A model generated the notes under the pieces. It worked only from the letters and a program-made list of their open reading frames with translations, did no database searches and was not told the origin of the DNA. A program made the position numbers and the translations under genes. From the NCBI GenBank assembly GCA_002332615.1, contig DDAL01000031.1, positions 94,967 to 158,966 on the forward strand: a stretch of DNA of 64,000 bases, read 5' to 3'. Shown piece after piece: positions 20,000 to 29,684 of the stretch (positions within the stretch are counted from its first letter, which is position 1; each line of letters starts with the position of its first letter). This DNA is from Sphingobacteriaceae bacterium UBA2059. GTDB taxonomy: Bacteria > Bacteroidota > Bacteroidia > Sphingobacteriales > Sphingobacteriaceae.

Positions 20000-21241
20000 A
20001 TGAAGAAAGCTTCTGTTATTTCAAATGAGGAACAATTAAAATTAGAGATCGTCAAAGAGCTTTTTTTTAATGTGTCCTTATCCTGTGCCGGGTTGAGCAT
20101 GCGGGTAGGAAAAAGCCTGCCACTTGTTGCTAAAGCTATTTCAGATCTTATAGATGCTCAAATTGTTGCTGAAATCGGGTATGCGCCATCTAACGGTGGG
20201 CGTAGAGCCGTGCTTTATTCCTTAACAAAATCCGACAAAATTATCCTTGCTATAGCTATGGACCAGCTTTATGTGCGGGTTGCCGCTTACAGCCTGGATA
20301 AAGAGCTGGTTTCGCAGACAAGCGTATATGAACTTGAGCTGTCTGCTTCTGACGCTCTAGATAAGCTGACCGCATTAATTGAGAATTATATACTTGACAA
20401 GGGAATAGACAAACTGCAGATAATTGGAGCAGGAATAGGCATGCCTGGTTTCATTGATATTAATTTAGGTGTCAATTATTCTTTTCTGAGTACTCCGGAT
20501 GGAAACCTGCAAAGCTATTTAAGCACTTCTTTAGGCTTTCCTGTTTTCATTGACAATGATTCCAGCCTTATTGCTTTGGCAGAACTGAAGTTCGGTGCTG
20601 CAAAAGGTAAGAAAAATGCTATGGTGGTAAATATCTCCTGGGGCGTAGGTTTGGGGATCATCCTAAACGGGGAGTTGTTTAGAGGGCACAGTGGTTTTGC
20701 TGGTGAATTTAGTCATATTCCCCTGTCGGACAATGGAGAGCTATGTAGCTGTGGGAAAAGGGGCTGTCTGGAAACAAGCGCTTCGCTCTTGGTTGTAGCG
20801 CATAAAGCAGAGGAAGGCATTAAAAATGGTCGGGTGTCTGTACTGGATAAAGAAATGAAGAGTTCCTCTTCTCTAACAGGAGATCTTGTTCTGCAGGCTG
20901 CAAATAATGGCGACCAGTTTGCAATAGAGTTATTAATGGATTCCGGCCATGCTTTAGGGAAAGGATTTGCCGTACTAATTCACATTCTTAATCCAGAAAC
21001 TATTATACTAAGTGGAAGAGGAGCGCAGGTTGGCAAGCTTCTTACCACTCCTATCCAACAGGCTTTGATTACTTATGCTATACCCCGCCTTGCTGAGAGT
21101 ACGAGCCTTGCAGTGTCTGATCTTGGAAAAAATGCAGGATTGCTTGGAGCCTCAGCCCTGGTCATTGAGCACCTGGGCAAGGGGGTTAGTATTGATTTAG
21201 GAAAAGGCAGTTCAATTAAGAAGTTAGAATACACAGGTTAA
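20000..21241 (+). CDS. ROK-family transcriptional regulator (NagC/Mlc/NanR-like)
   Basis: N-terminal winged-HTH, then a ROK sugar-kinase fold with DNDSSLIALAE and the Zn motif GHSGFAGEFSHIPL...CSCGKRGCLE. I prefer the start MKKASVIS. Confidence 0.88.
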   Translation: MKKASVISNEEQLKLEIVKELFFNVSLSCAGLSMRVGKSLPLVAKAISDLIDAQIVAEIGYAPSNGGRRAVLYSLTKSDKIILAIAMDQLYVRVAAYSLDKELVSQTSVYELELSASDALDKLTALIENYILDKGIDKLQIIGAGIGMPGFIDINLGVNYSFLSTPDGNLQSYLSTSLGFPVFIDNDSSLIALAELKFGAAKGKKNAMVVNISWGVGLGIILNGELFRGHSGFAGEFSHIPLSDNGELCSCGKRGCLETSASLLVVAHKAEEGIKNGRVSVLDKEMKSSSSLTGDLVLQAANNGDQFAIELLMDSGHALGKGFAVLIHILNPETIILSGRGAQVGKLLTTPIQQALITYAIPRLAESTSLAVSDLGKNAGLLGASALVIEHLGKGVSIDLGKGSSIKKLEYTG

Positions 21242-21345
21242 TAAATTAAATGCTATGAGTAAAATAACAAGCTTTTGCAGAGGACGGCCCCATGCCACTC
21301 TTCTATTTAACACAATAATTAAATGTTTTAATACTAAAAACTGAA

Positions 21346-24300
21346 ATGAAAAGAAAACTACTACTAATTATTGGGCTGCTATTTAGCTTATATGTAACAG
21401 CCCAAACCACCAAGAACATTAGCGGGGTGGTAAAAGATGAGAAGGGACAGCCTTTACCAGGTGTGAGTGTTATTATAAAAGGTACTCAAAAAGGCACAAG
21501 CACAAGTGTTGATGGTAAATATGCCCTTCCCGTTGCGACAGGCAGTACGCTTGTTTTTCGCTTTATCGGTTACGAGCCTGCTGAAGCGGTTGTTGGGACA
21601 TCCTCAGCAATAAATATTTCTTTGAAGCCATCCGGACAGATGCTTGGTGAGGTTCAGATAACCGGTGCCATGGGTATCCAGAAAGACAATAAAAAACTAG
21701 GTTATGCAGTAACTCAGGTTAAAGGGGAAGATCTTACAAAGACAAACACTGTAAGCCCCATAGCTGCACTTCAAGGGAAAGTGGCCGGTGTTAATATTAA
21801 CGTTACCGGTGCTTCAGGTGCACAATCGTCTCCGTTTATTTCAATCAGGGGATCTAAGGTACTGGGGAATACTCCTGGCCAGGCTAATAACCAGCCTATT
21901 TTTGTTGTAGATGGTACCGTTCTTACAAATAACATGATTAATGCAGATGATCCGGATGCCGGATCTCAATTGAAAAACCTTAACCCCGATGATTATGAAT
22001 CAGTGAGCGTGTTGAAAGGTGCTGCTGCGACATCTATTTATGGTTCCAGAGGTTTGAATGGTGCTATTGTGATCACCACTAAGAAAGGTAAAATGGGTAG
22101 CGGACTTGGGATTGATTTTTCAAGCACCTATCAGGGGCAACAAATGTATAAGGCTCCTATCGAGTTCCAGAATGTATACGGTCAGGGTAGCTGGGCATCC
22201 CGTGAGGGCGCTTTTGCTCCGGACGGCTCTCAGATTAAAACAACCGGAAGCTGGGGACCACGAATGGATGGTTCTATCCACCCTATTATCTATGATCCTA
22301 ATCGTACTGCTCCTTACTCTCCTCAGCCTGACAATTGGAAGCAGTTTTACCAGAATGGTAATTTTATCAATAATAACATCGCTTTAAGTGGTGCTACTGA
22401 AAAGTTTAATTATCGCTTTTCATACACCAACAACAGCACAAGAGGTAACTTACCTAATAATAGTATAAGCCGTAACTCATTTGATATGAAAATGGGTGCT
22501 ACTCTTAATAAGGTTTTCTCAACCGAAATGGGTATAAACTACGGTAATACTGCATCTAAGAATATGTATACCATGGGCAGGTACGCTCATGGAAGCGGTC
22601 AGAACCTTGCTTTTAACACTTACTATCTGCCGAGGAACATTGACTACGGCGACTGGTATTCTACCTACAGAAATCCTGACAACTCAATCAATAATTCAGG
22701 TGTTTTTGCTAACCTAAGTTCTGTAATCAACGCGTTCTCTAGGTTTGATAAGAACAATCAGGTACGAAACGAGAATTCTCTTATAGGATATACTCAGTTG
22801 AAGGCTCAGGTAACACCTTGGTTAGATCTATCCGGACGTATAAATGTGAATTTTTATAAGATATTCACTGAGAACAAGGAGATGGGTAACGAAAAGAATA
22901 ACCTTGGAGGAGCCTATAGCGTTTCTGGTTCAACCAATACTGATTATACCATGTTGTTTATGGCTCATGCGAACAAACGAGTGATGAATGATGATCTGGA
23001 AGTTGATTTTAGAGTTTTTAACGAAATCTACGGTAACAGATTGAGCGAATCGTACTACGCAGCTACAAAGGGCGGACTTTCAGTTCCAAACAAGTTCTTC
23101 CTGGGGAACTCTGTATTTCCTATCTATCAGAAAGACAACATTCAGATAGGTGATAAAGATGCTCCGGGTCCTTCACGTCCCTCTTTGAAAACGATTGGCT
23201 TTGCCGGAGTATTAAACCTAAACTACAAGGATTATTTGAACCTGGAAGTTTCGGCTAGGAACGACTGGTTATCTACGCTGACGTATCCTGAAACTGTACC
23301 TGAAGGCAAAAACAATTATAGCGTTTTTTATCCTGCCGTGAATGCTTCTTATTCTTTCTACGATCATATGAAAGAGACAATGCCTGAGTGGCTGTCTTCC
23401 GGACGTTTGAGAGGATCATTGGCCTATGTGGGTAATGCAGGCGTAGCTGGTCCTTATTCTACAGGGTCAGGCTATTCCCCAAGCACGCTTTTCGATCAGA
23501 ACGGCAATTCTGTTGGTTCTGCAGTGCAGATCAACGGTGAGATTATGCCAAACTATAACCTCTTTCCTCAAAGACAACGTTCATGGGAATTTGGAACAAA
23601 CCTGGGCGTGATCAATGAATTAGTAAATCTTGACTTTACCTGGTATAAAACCAACACGTTAAAACAATTACTAAACCTTCCTGGGGTAATAGAAACCGGT
23701 TATAGTAAATCTTATTTTAATGCAGGTAATATTCAAAACCAGGGTATTGAGTTTCTGATCAACGTAAATCCGATCAGAAGCAATGGCTGGAACTGGGACT
23801 TTGCTTTGAATCTTGCTCATAACAAAAGTAAGATTGTATCGTTTGGAAACGGAATTAAAGAGTGGGAGTTGAGCGGCGGTTATAATGGTGCAAATGTTTA
23901 TGCATATGTAGGAGGCGATTTCGGTATTCTAACATCCGATCTATCAAGTTCTGTATTATATGACCAGGAAACAGGGTTGCCCGTTCTTAAAGTTGGTGAC
24001 AGAAAACGTAGTGATGACCCCTTAACTAAGCATGATTTTGCTATTTATTACACAGAGTCTCCTGAAAGTAGCGATGAGCTTCGTCGTGTGAACATCGGAA
24101 AGGTTGAACCGGATCTTACAGGTGGTTTTTCTACCAGCCTGCGTTACAAGAACTTTTCTCTTTCTTCTCAGATAGATGGACGCTTTGGCGGGTATGTGTA
24201 CTCTGAAGCTTATAACTATGCAATGGCTCAGGGAACACTGAAAGAATCTCTTCAGTACAGGGATAAAGAGCATGGTGGCGTTGAGCGAATCGATTCTTAC

Positions 24301-24762
24301 ACTGGAGAAAAGCGTTATGACGGTGTAATCTTAAATGGCGTTTTCGCTAAAGGGGAAAAATCAAATACTCCTGGAAAGGTGGGAACTGACATTGGCGGAA
24401 TGACTTTCCAGCAGGCCTACGAGCAAGGCTTGGTAGAACCTATGAGAGCTTCAGCATATCACGTTTATAATTACGGATATGCTACCAACATCAATGCAAA
24501 TAATTCAGCTGCTAAAAACTCATGGGTTATGCTTAGGGATATATCATTTGGTTACAGACTTCCTTCTGAGTTAGTTGAAAAAGCAAAGCTTAGAAGTGCT
24601 CGCCTGACATTAAGTGCCCGCAATATAGGATATCTCTACCGGTCGCTTCCTGCTGGACAGAACCCAGAGTCTTTACAGGGTAATGACCCTTTCAGGCCAT
24701 ACATCACTGGTGGTGTGCCTTTTGTAAGAAATTATTCAGTGACTTTAAATGTTAGCTTATAA
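21346..24762 (+). CDS. SusC/RagA-family TonB-dependent outer membrane transporter
   Basis: 1138 aa with a signal peptide, a carboxypeptidase-regulatory-like domain (VKDEKGQPLPGVSVIIKGTQKGTSTSVDGKY), and the plug motif VLKGAAATSIYGSRGLNGAIVITTKKG. There is no STN signalling domain. Confidence 0.93.
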   Translation: MKRKLLLIIGLLFSLYVTAQTTKNISGVVKDEKGQPLPGVSVIIKGTQKGTSTSVDGKYALPVATGSTLVFRFIGYEPAEAVVGTSSAINISLKPSGQMLGEVQITGAMGIQKDNKKLGYAVTQVKGEDLTKTNTVSPIAALQGKVAGVNINVTGASGAQSSPFISIRGSKVLGNTPGQANNQPIFVVDGTVLTNNMINADDPDAGSQLKNLNPDDYESVSVLKGAAATSIYGSRGLNGAIVITTKKGKMGSGLGIDFSSTYQGQQMYKAPIEFQNVYGQGSWASREGAFAPDGSQIKTTGSWGPRMDGSIHPIIYDPNRTAPYSPQPDNWKQFYQNGNFINNNIALSGATEKFNYRFSYTNNSTRGNLPNNSISRNSFDMKMGATLNKVFSTEMGINYGNTASKNMYTMGRYAHGSGQNLAFNTYYLPRNIDYGDWYSTYRNPDNSINNSGVFANLSSVINAFSRFDKNNQVRNENSLIGYTQLKAQVTPWLDLSGRINVNFYKIFTENKEMGNEKNNLGGAYSVSGSTNTDYTMLFMAHANKRVMNDDLEVDFRVFNEIYGNRLSESYYAATKGGLSVPNKFFLGNSVFPIYQKDNIQIGDKDAPGPSRPSLKTIGFAGVLNLNYKDYLNLEVSARNDWLSTLTYPETVPEGKNNYSVFYPAVNASYSFYDHMKETMPEWLSSGRLRGSLAYVGNAGVAGPYSTGSGYSPSTLFDQNGNSVGSAVQINGEIMPNYNLFPQRQRSWEFGTNLGVINELVNLDFTWYKTNTLKQLLNLPGVIETGYSKSYFNAGNIQNQGIEFLINVNPIRSNGWNWDFALNLAHNKSKIVSFGNGIKEWELSGGYNGANVYAYVGGDFGILTSDLSSSVLYDQETGLPVLKVGDRKRSDDPLTKHDFAIYYTESPESSDELRRVNIGKVEPDLTGGFSTSLRYKNFSLSSQIDGRFGGYVYSEAYNYAMAQGTLKESLQYRDKEHGGVERIDSYTGEKRYDGVILNGVFAKGEKSNTPGKVGTDIGGMTFQQAYEQGLVEPMRASAYHVYNYGYATNINANNSAAKNSWVMLRDISFGYRLPSELVEKAKLRSARLTLSARNIGYLYRSLPAGQNPESLQGNDPFRPYITGGVPFVRNYSVTLNVSL

Positions 24763-24767
24763 TAGTA

Positions 24768-26624
24768 ATGAAAAGATTAAATAAATATATAGTGCTGGGG
24801 ATAGTTGGGCTTGCGAGCCTTACTCAGTCCTGCAAGAAGGATTTAGTGGATATTAATACCAATCCGAAGGCACTTGATAATGCGAATCCTGAATTTTTGT
24901 TTACAGGTGCTACTAATGATCTCGATAATAGATCCAGAGACCGCATTATGCAGAAGTATGGCTCCACAATGTCTTACATGCAGTATATTGTGAGGAATGC
25001 GACAGATCCATCAGCTCTGGCGTCCCCTTATAATAATCCTACCGAGGAAAAAGGGAAGGATCCACGTTTTACTTACTATGAGGACTATTTTGGCGCTACC
25101 AATACGAATGGTGCTATTGGCAGAGATATGAAGCGTATAATCGCTAAGATCGATGCAATGCCCGAAGATAAGAAGCAGACGTATCAGTCGATCAAAAACA
25201 TTTGCATAATAGTTGATACGTATTATGCCTGGCGGGTATCTGATGTCTTTGGGGCTTTGCCTTACGAACAGGCTTTTAATGCTGAAATGTATCCTCTGCC
25301 TAAGTACAATTTCGATTTTGAGCTGTACACTAAGTTTGAAAGTCAGTTAAAAGCCGCTGCAACCGAACTTGTAAAAAAGCCGGCAAACCAGGTTGAGCTT
25401 GGAAACCATGATATGTATTATAACGGAAAAATTGACAAGTGGGTCGCTTTTGCCAATACATTCAGAATAAAACTGGCTCAACGCTATGAAAAGCGTAATC
25501 CTGAATTCCTAAAAACGGTACTTGACAACGTCGAATCTGAATTTAACGGTCGTATCATATCGTCCAATGACGAGTCGATGACGTTAAAGCTTACGAAGGA
25601 TGCCAATAACAATGTAGACGACATAAACTCAATCCTTGTTAATTATGTTGCTTCTTATCCTTTTGTTGAGTACTTAAAATCTACGAAAGATCCAAGGTTA
25701 ACATTTATGGTTCGTGAAAACGATTTGGGTGCAAATTACTCCAGGTATGAGCGAGTAATGGAAAAGGGAACTGCTGAATCTAAGGAGTTGTTAAGCAAGC
25801 CTGACTATAAGGTGCGTTACTGGGGTAAACACGTTACTCCCGTTTCCGGAGGCTCTAAAGATTGGGGTTTCTGGGGCGATATTCGTAGCAGAAGCTTTAC
25901 TATAATGAATAACGGCAAGCAGGAGTCCCTGGGCTTAGATGTTCTTTCTGCTATCCAAACACGCTTGTTTGTAAAGAATGGCGGATTTGGCGGTAGTGAT
26001 GCAAGTTCATCAAAAGAGCTCATGCACAAGGATGAAACCTATGTAGAAGGCGGAAACATAAAGATGGAATCGGTAATTTTATCTTATGCCGAAACTTGCT
26101 TCATGATGGCAGAAATTGCTGCTAAAGGAGGAAAAGGCTTGGGTAAGTCTGCTGAGCAGTGGTTTAGAGCGGGCGTTCAGGCTTCTTTCGATCATTATAA
26201 AATAATGGCTAAAAATGCGCTTGTTCCTGGTGCTGATGTTGTAGTTGCAGGGACCTTCGCTAGTGATTTGCCTTATAATGGTTTACCTTCAATCTATTCT
26301 CAGGCATGGGTTAATAATCTAACTCAGCCGGCTGAAGCCTGGGCTACCTGGAAACGTACAGGTTATCCTCAGTTTGAAAAAGTAAGCGGTGGAAACTATG
26401 GAAGGATTGGTGATGGATCAGGTGTGGCATATCTTGAGTATTTATGGGACGGAAGTAAAGAACTTCTTATACCAAGAAGGAACTATCTTCAAATCTCTAC
26501 AGGCTCTCAGCTTAACAATTCAAACTACATTGAAGCTGTTGATAAGATGAAAGCAAAAGATCCTTCATACGGTAGTCGTATGGAAGATACTCGTGGCAGA
26601 ATATGGTGGGATACGAATAAATAA
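24768..26624 (+). CDS. SusD/RagB-family nutrient-binding outer membrane lipoprotein (long form)
   Basis: Lipoprotein signal LASLTQSCKK. It starts 5 nt after the SusC stop and its size and TPR-like composition fit SusD-like proteins. Confidence 0.85.
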   Translation: MKRLNKYIVLGIVGLASLTQSCKKDLVDINTNPKALDNANPEFLFTGATNDLDNRSRDRIMQKYGSTMSYMQYIVRNATDPSALASPYNNPTEEKGKDPRFTYYEDYFGATNTNGAIGRDMKRIIAKIDAMPEDKKQTYQSIKNICIIVDTYYAWRVSDVFGALPYEQAFNAEMYPLPKYNFDFELYTKFESQLKAAATELVKKPANQVELGNHDMYYNGKIDKWVAFANTFRIKLAQRYEKRNPEFLKTVLDNVESEFNGRIISSNDESMTLKLTKDANNNVDDINSILVNYVASYPFVEYLKSTKDPRLTFMVRENDLGANYSRYERVMEKGTAESKELLSKPDYKVRYWGKHVTPVSGGSKDWGFWGDIRSRSFTIMNNGKQESLGLDVLSAIQTRLFVKNGGFGGSDASSSKELMHKDETYVEGGNIKMESVILSYAETCFMMAEIAAKGGKGLGKSAEQWFRAGVQASFDHYKIMAKNALVPGADVVVAGTFASDLPYNGLPSIYSQAWVNNLTQPAEAWATWKRTGYPQFEKVSGGNYGRIGDGSGVAYLEYLWDGSKELLIPRRNYLQISTGSQLNNSNYIEAVDKMKAKDPSYGSRMEDTRGRIWWDTNK

Positions 26625-26642
26625 TTGATTTTAATACTTGGA

Positions 26643-26673
26643 ACGGCTGTTTTTTGACAGCCGTTTTTTTTTT
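26643..26673 (+). terminator. Rho-independent terminator after susD-like gene
   Basis: ACGGCTGT-tttttg-ACAGCCGT is followed by a T-run of about 9. Confidence 0.75.
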
Positions 26674-26882
26674 GAGTATGATTATCGTTCTTGCAGCTAA
26701 GCTTAACTTACTTAGTAATTCTGCTCCTACTGGCTATCTCAATAGTATTACCAGTCTGGTGATACTCCTAAAACTAATAGAACGTACTCTATAGTTAAGC
26801 AGCCTTAAATTCGCTTAAGATATCTTAAACGATAAGCTGACTTCTCAATAGCTGCAAATTGGTGTAAAGAATGTACTTAATA

Positions 26883-26929
26883 GCCCATAAAAAAGCTGCT
26901 TTGTCATTCAAAGCAGCTTTTTTATGGGC
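26883..26929 (-). terminator. Perfect 21-bp hairpin after the lipoprotein gene
   Basis: GCCCATAAAAAAGCTGCTTTG-tcatt-CAAAGCAGCTTTTTTATGGGC. It lies 6 nt downstream of the stop at 26936 and has internal A6/T6 runs. Confidence 0.7.
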
Positions 26930-26935
26930 TTGGTT

Positions 26936-27973
26936 TTACTGGTACTGGATATATACCGGTTTAGGTTTTAACTTTACGAGCTCTGCAGGCGTTAGCAATC
27001 TGTGTGGCGCCTTTTTAAGATCGTTTTTATAGAAGAGCTTAAAGCCGGTAAACTGTACCGGTTCTGAGTAAATAAAGTGTCGGTAGGTGCCATACTTTAA
27101 ATCCGGTTCGCCCCATCCATCCATATGCATAACCATCTGTACCTCAGGACGAAGCTTTATATTTTGATAGTTTGTCACCATCTTCTTTGTAAATCGGTGG
27201 ATTACAAAGACCTTTGGAGGTAAGCCGTTTTCTTTTACAAGCTTTGCTAAATAACCAGAACAATAGTTAATGTCTGCGGCATCAAATGTGCCTATTTTAG
27301 AGCCGGGCTTATTTCCGCCTTTCATCGAAAATTCCGGATCAATTCCTAAATGGACGTGTGGTAATTTTAAATACTTCTCAAGCAGCGGCAGTTCCGCCTG
27401 AATGGTACTTAGGGCTACTTGTATATCCAAAAACACAATTGCCTTTCCCATTTCGGCAATTTTAAGAACCGAGTCAATTTGTTTTTCAGGCATCCGAAAT
27501 CGGTATTTACCGTCTTTGCCTCCGTCTCCTTGGGCTACGACAGCAATATAGTGTAGAGCAGGTTGCACCGGTGTTGACGGGTCTGCCTTCTCCCATGCTT
27601 TAACCTCCTTGTTCAGTCTGGTCCACATTTCTTTGGGAGCGTACTCTCCCAGAGCTCCCATTCTTTTAGAATATAGATTGCCATAATAGGCAACTATTCT
27701 CTTGGAAGGCAGTATAGCTCCAGCCAGAGGATAGGGTTGTTTTTTTACAGGCCATTTACCCGTAGTATCGCCATTAGCAATTTCTACAAGCTTTTTATTA
27801 TGGGCAGCTGTGTCTATAGGCTTTATACCAGTTTCGGCTTCTTTTTCCGGCTCTTCACTCTTTTGCCTGTTTTCGGTAACTGTCTTATCTGACGCTTTGC
27901 CCGTATTTTCTGCGCACCCAAAGGCTGTTGCAGTAAGCGCCAGAGGGATGAACATGAACTTGTTGATTTTCAT
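26936..27973 (-). CDS. Hypothetical lipoprotein, possibly a glycoside-hydrolase-like TIM barrel
   Basis: Lipobox LTATAFGCAE followed by a Lys/Glu-rich linker. Alternating strand-like segments end in acidic residues (VFLDIQ, HLGIDPEF, VIHRF, MHMDGWG). The fold assignment is an inference only. Confidence 0.55.
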   Translation of the reverse strand: MKINKFMFIPLALTATAFGCAENTGKASDKTVTENRQKSEEPEKEAETGIKPIDTAAHNKKLVEIANGDTTGKWPVKKQPYPLAGAILPSKRIVAYYGNLYSKRMGALGEYAPKEMWTRLNKEVKAWEKADPSTPVQPALHYIAVVAQGDGGKDGKYRFRMPEKQIDSVLKIAEMGKAIVFLDIQVALSTIQAELPLLEKYLKLPHVHLGIDPEFSMKGGNKPGSKIGTFDAADINYCSGYLAKLVKENGLPPKVFVIHRFTKKMVTNYQNIKLRPEVQMVMHMDGWGEPDLKYGTYRHFIYSEPVQFTGFKLFYKNDLKKAPHRLLTPAELVKLKPKPVYIQYQ

Positions 27974-28019
27974 CTGTAGGAATTTAATTTAATATATCTA
28001 TGATAACGGTCGAATATAC

Positions 28020-28910
28020 TTAGTCCTGATCAATAACTCTTACTTTGCCAAATACACCCAAAGGAAGTTTACTTCCAGCGGTAGCCTGTAAATACAGCTC
28101 GCCTGTTTCAATGCCTTGAGTAACCGGCAGTGTCTCTCTCAAAAGGTTCTCTACAATAATTGATGAAAAACCTAGCGAATAGGTATTAAGAATAAGGAAA
28201 TGCTCCTTTACATCTAAGAGTTTTCCGACGTCCTTCATCATTTCCAGGATATTATCCTCTAGCTTCCATTTTTCGCCATTGGCACCATGGCCATAAGCGG
28301 GAGGATCGAGTATAATTCCATTATACTTTTTTCCACGTTTTACTTCCCGCTTAACAAACTTCAGAGCGTCCTCAATTACCCATCGAATATCTTTAAGCCC
28401 TGAGAGTTCCTGGTTCTCATTAGCCCAGTTCACCACCTGCTTTATAGAATCGACATGCGTCGTGTCGGCGCCCGAGGCCCGCGAAGCAAGAGAGGCCGCT
28501 CCGGTATATGCAAACAGGTTTAAAACCTTGGGTTTTAAAGTTTTAAGTTTTTTGATAGAGCTGCTTATATAGTCCCAGTTGACTGCCTGTTCGGGAAAAA
28601 CACCCAGATGTTTAAATGAAGTAAGGCCCAGACGTAAGCGCAGATCAATATCTGTGTTTTTGTAAGAAATTGTCCACCTGTCAGACTGCTGAGGGTTTTT
28701 TTTAATCCACTCACCAGAAGTGGCGGAGCGTCCTTTAAAACGGATATGATGGAGCTTTTGCCATTCAGCTTCCGACAATTGCTTCGACCAGACTGCCTGA
28801 GGTTCAGGCCTTATAAGAATAACTGTTCCAAAGCGCTCAAGCTTTTCAAAGTTTCCACAGTCAATTAATTCATAGTCATACCAGTTTTCTGGTGTAAGAA
28901 GTTGGATCAT
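28020..28910 (-). CDS. Class I SAM-dependent methyltransferase (RlmI/YccW-like catalytic domain)
   Basis: SAM motif I VLNLFAYTGAASLA and motif IV IILDPPAYG. Confidence 0.8.
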   Translation of the reverse strand: MIQLLTPENWYDYELIDCGNFEKLERFGTVILIRPEPQAVWSKQLSEAEWQKLHHIRFKGRSATSGEWIKKNPQQSDRWTISYKNTDIDLRLRLGLTSFKHLGVFPEQAVNWDYISSSIKKLKTLKPKVLNLFAYTGAASLASRASGADTTHVDSIKQVVNWANENQELSGLKDIRWVIEDALKFVKREVKRGKKYNGIILDPPAYGHGANGEKWKLEDNILEMMKDVGKLLDVKEHFLILNTYSLGFSSIIVENLLRETLPVTQGIETGELYLQATAGSKLPLGVFGKVRVIDQD

Positions 28911-28931
28911 AGTTAATAGTGTTCATCCAGG

Positions 28932-29684
28932 TTATAGCCTGTCCTTTGCAGCCTGAGTAAACTTGCTTGCAAATACAAAATCGTTAAGCTCATTGTTATC
29001 TGTATGAGCAATTTCTTTATTTGAACCTTGCCATTCTTTCCGGCCCTGGTATAAAAAGAGGATTTTGTTGCCAATGTTTATTACGGAGTTCATATCGTGC
29101 GTAACAACGATGGTAGTCATCTGATATTCTGACGTAATTTCATCAATAAGTTCATCAATCAGAATAGCTGTTCGAGGATCAAGGCCTGAGTTAGGTTCAT
29201 CCACAAACAAGTATTTAGGTTGCATAGCTATAGCCCTTGCAATACCAACTCTTTTTTTCATTCCGCCGGAGAGTTCAGAGGGATATAGTTTATTCTTACC
29301 TTCAAGGTCGACGCGCTTCAATACGAAGTTTGCCCTTTCTGCCATCTCCTCTTTTGACTTAGTGGTAAACATACTCAAAGGAAACATGATGTTCTCTTCA
29401 ACAGTCATAGAATCAAAAAGAGCGGAGTTTTGAAAAAGCATACCGATTTCTTTACGAATATCGATTCGCTCCGCAGTGGTCAGCCGGGTAAAGTCCCTGC
29501 CATCATAAATAACCGATCCCTGATCAGGCTCATGCAAGCCAACCATGCATTTTAATAAGGTCGTTTTTCCCGATCCCGATCCCCCTATAATGAGGTTATT
29601 CATTCCGTCTTCAAACGTGGCGGAAATGCCTTTTAAAACATAGTTCGTATCAAATGATTTGTGAATATCTTTTATCTCTATCAT
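28932..29684 (-). CDS. ABC transporter ATP-binding protein, MlaF-like
   Basis: Walker A GGSGSGKTT, signature LSGGMKKR, Walker B LFVDEP. I prefer the start MIEIKDIHKSF, whose ATG overlaps the mlaE-like stop (ATGA). Confidence 0.88.
   Translation of the reverse strand: MIEIKDIHKSFDTNYVLKGISATFEDGMNNLIIGGSGSGKTTLLKCMVGLHEPDQGSVIYDGRDFTRLTTAERIDIRKEIGMLFQNSALFDSMTVEENIMFPLSMFTTKSKEEMAERANFVLKRVDLEGKNKLYPSELSGGMKKRVGIARAIAMQPKYLFVDEPNSGLDPRTAILIDELIDEITSEYQMTTIVVTHDMNSVINIGNKILFLYQGRKEWQGSNKEIAHTDNNELNDFVFASKFTQAAKDRL

Noticed and set aside
26815-26828. A 14-bp perfect AT-rich palindrome, TTAAGATATCTTAA, in the spacer after the susD-like gene
   Set aside because: Several palindromes of this size are expected by chance in 64 kb of AT-rich DNA, and it has no positional link to any promoter.
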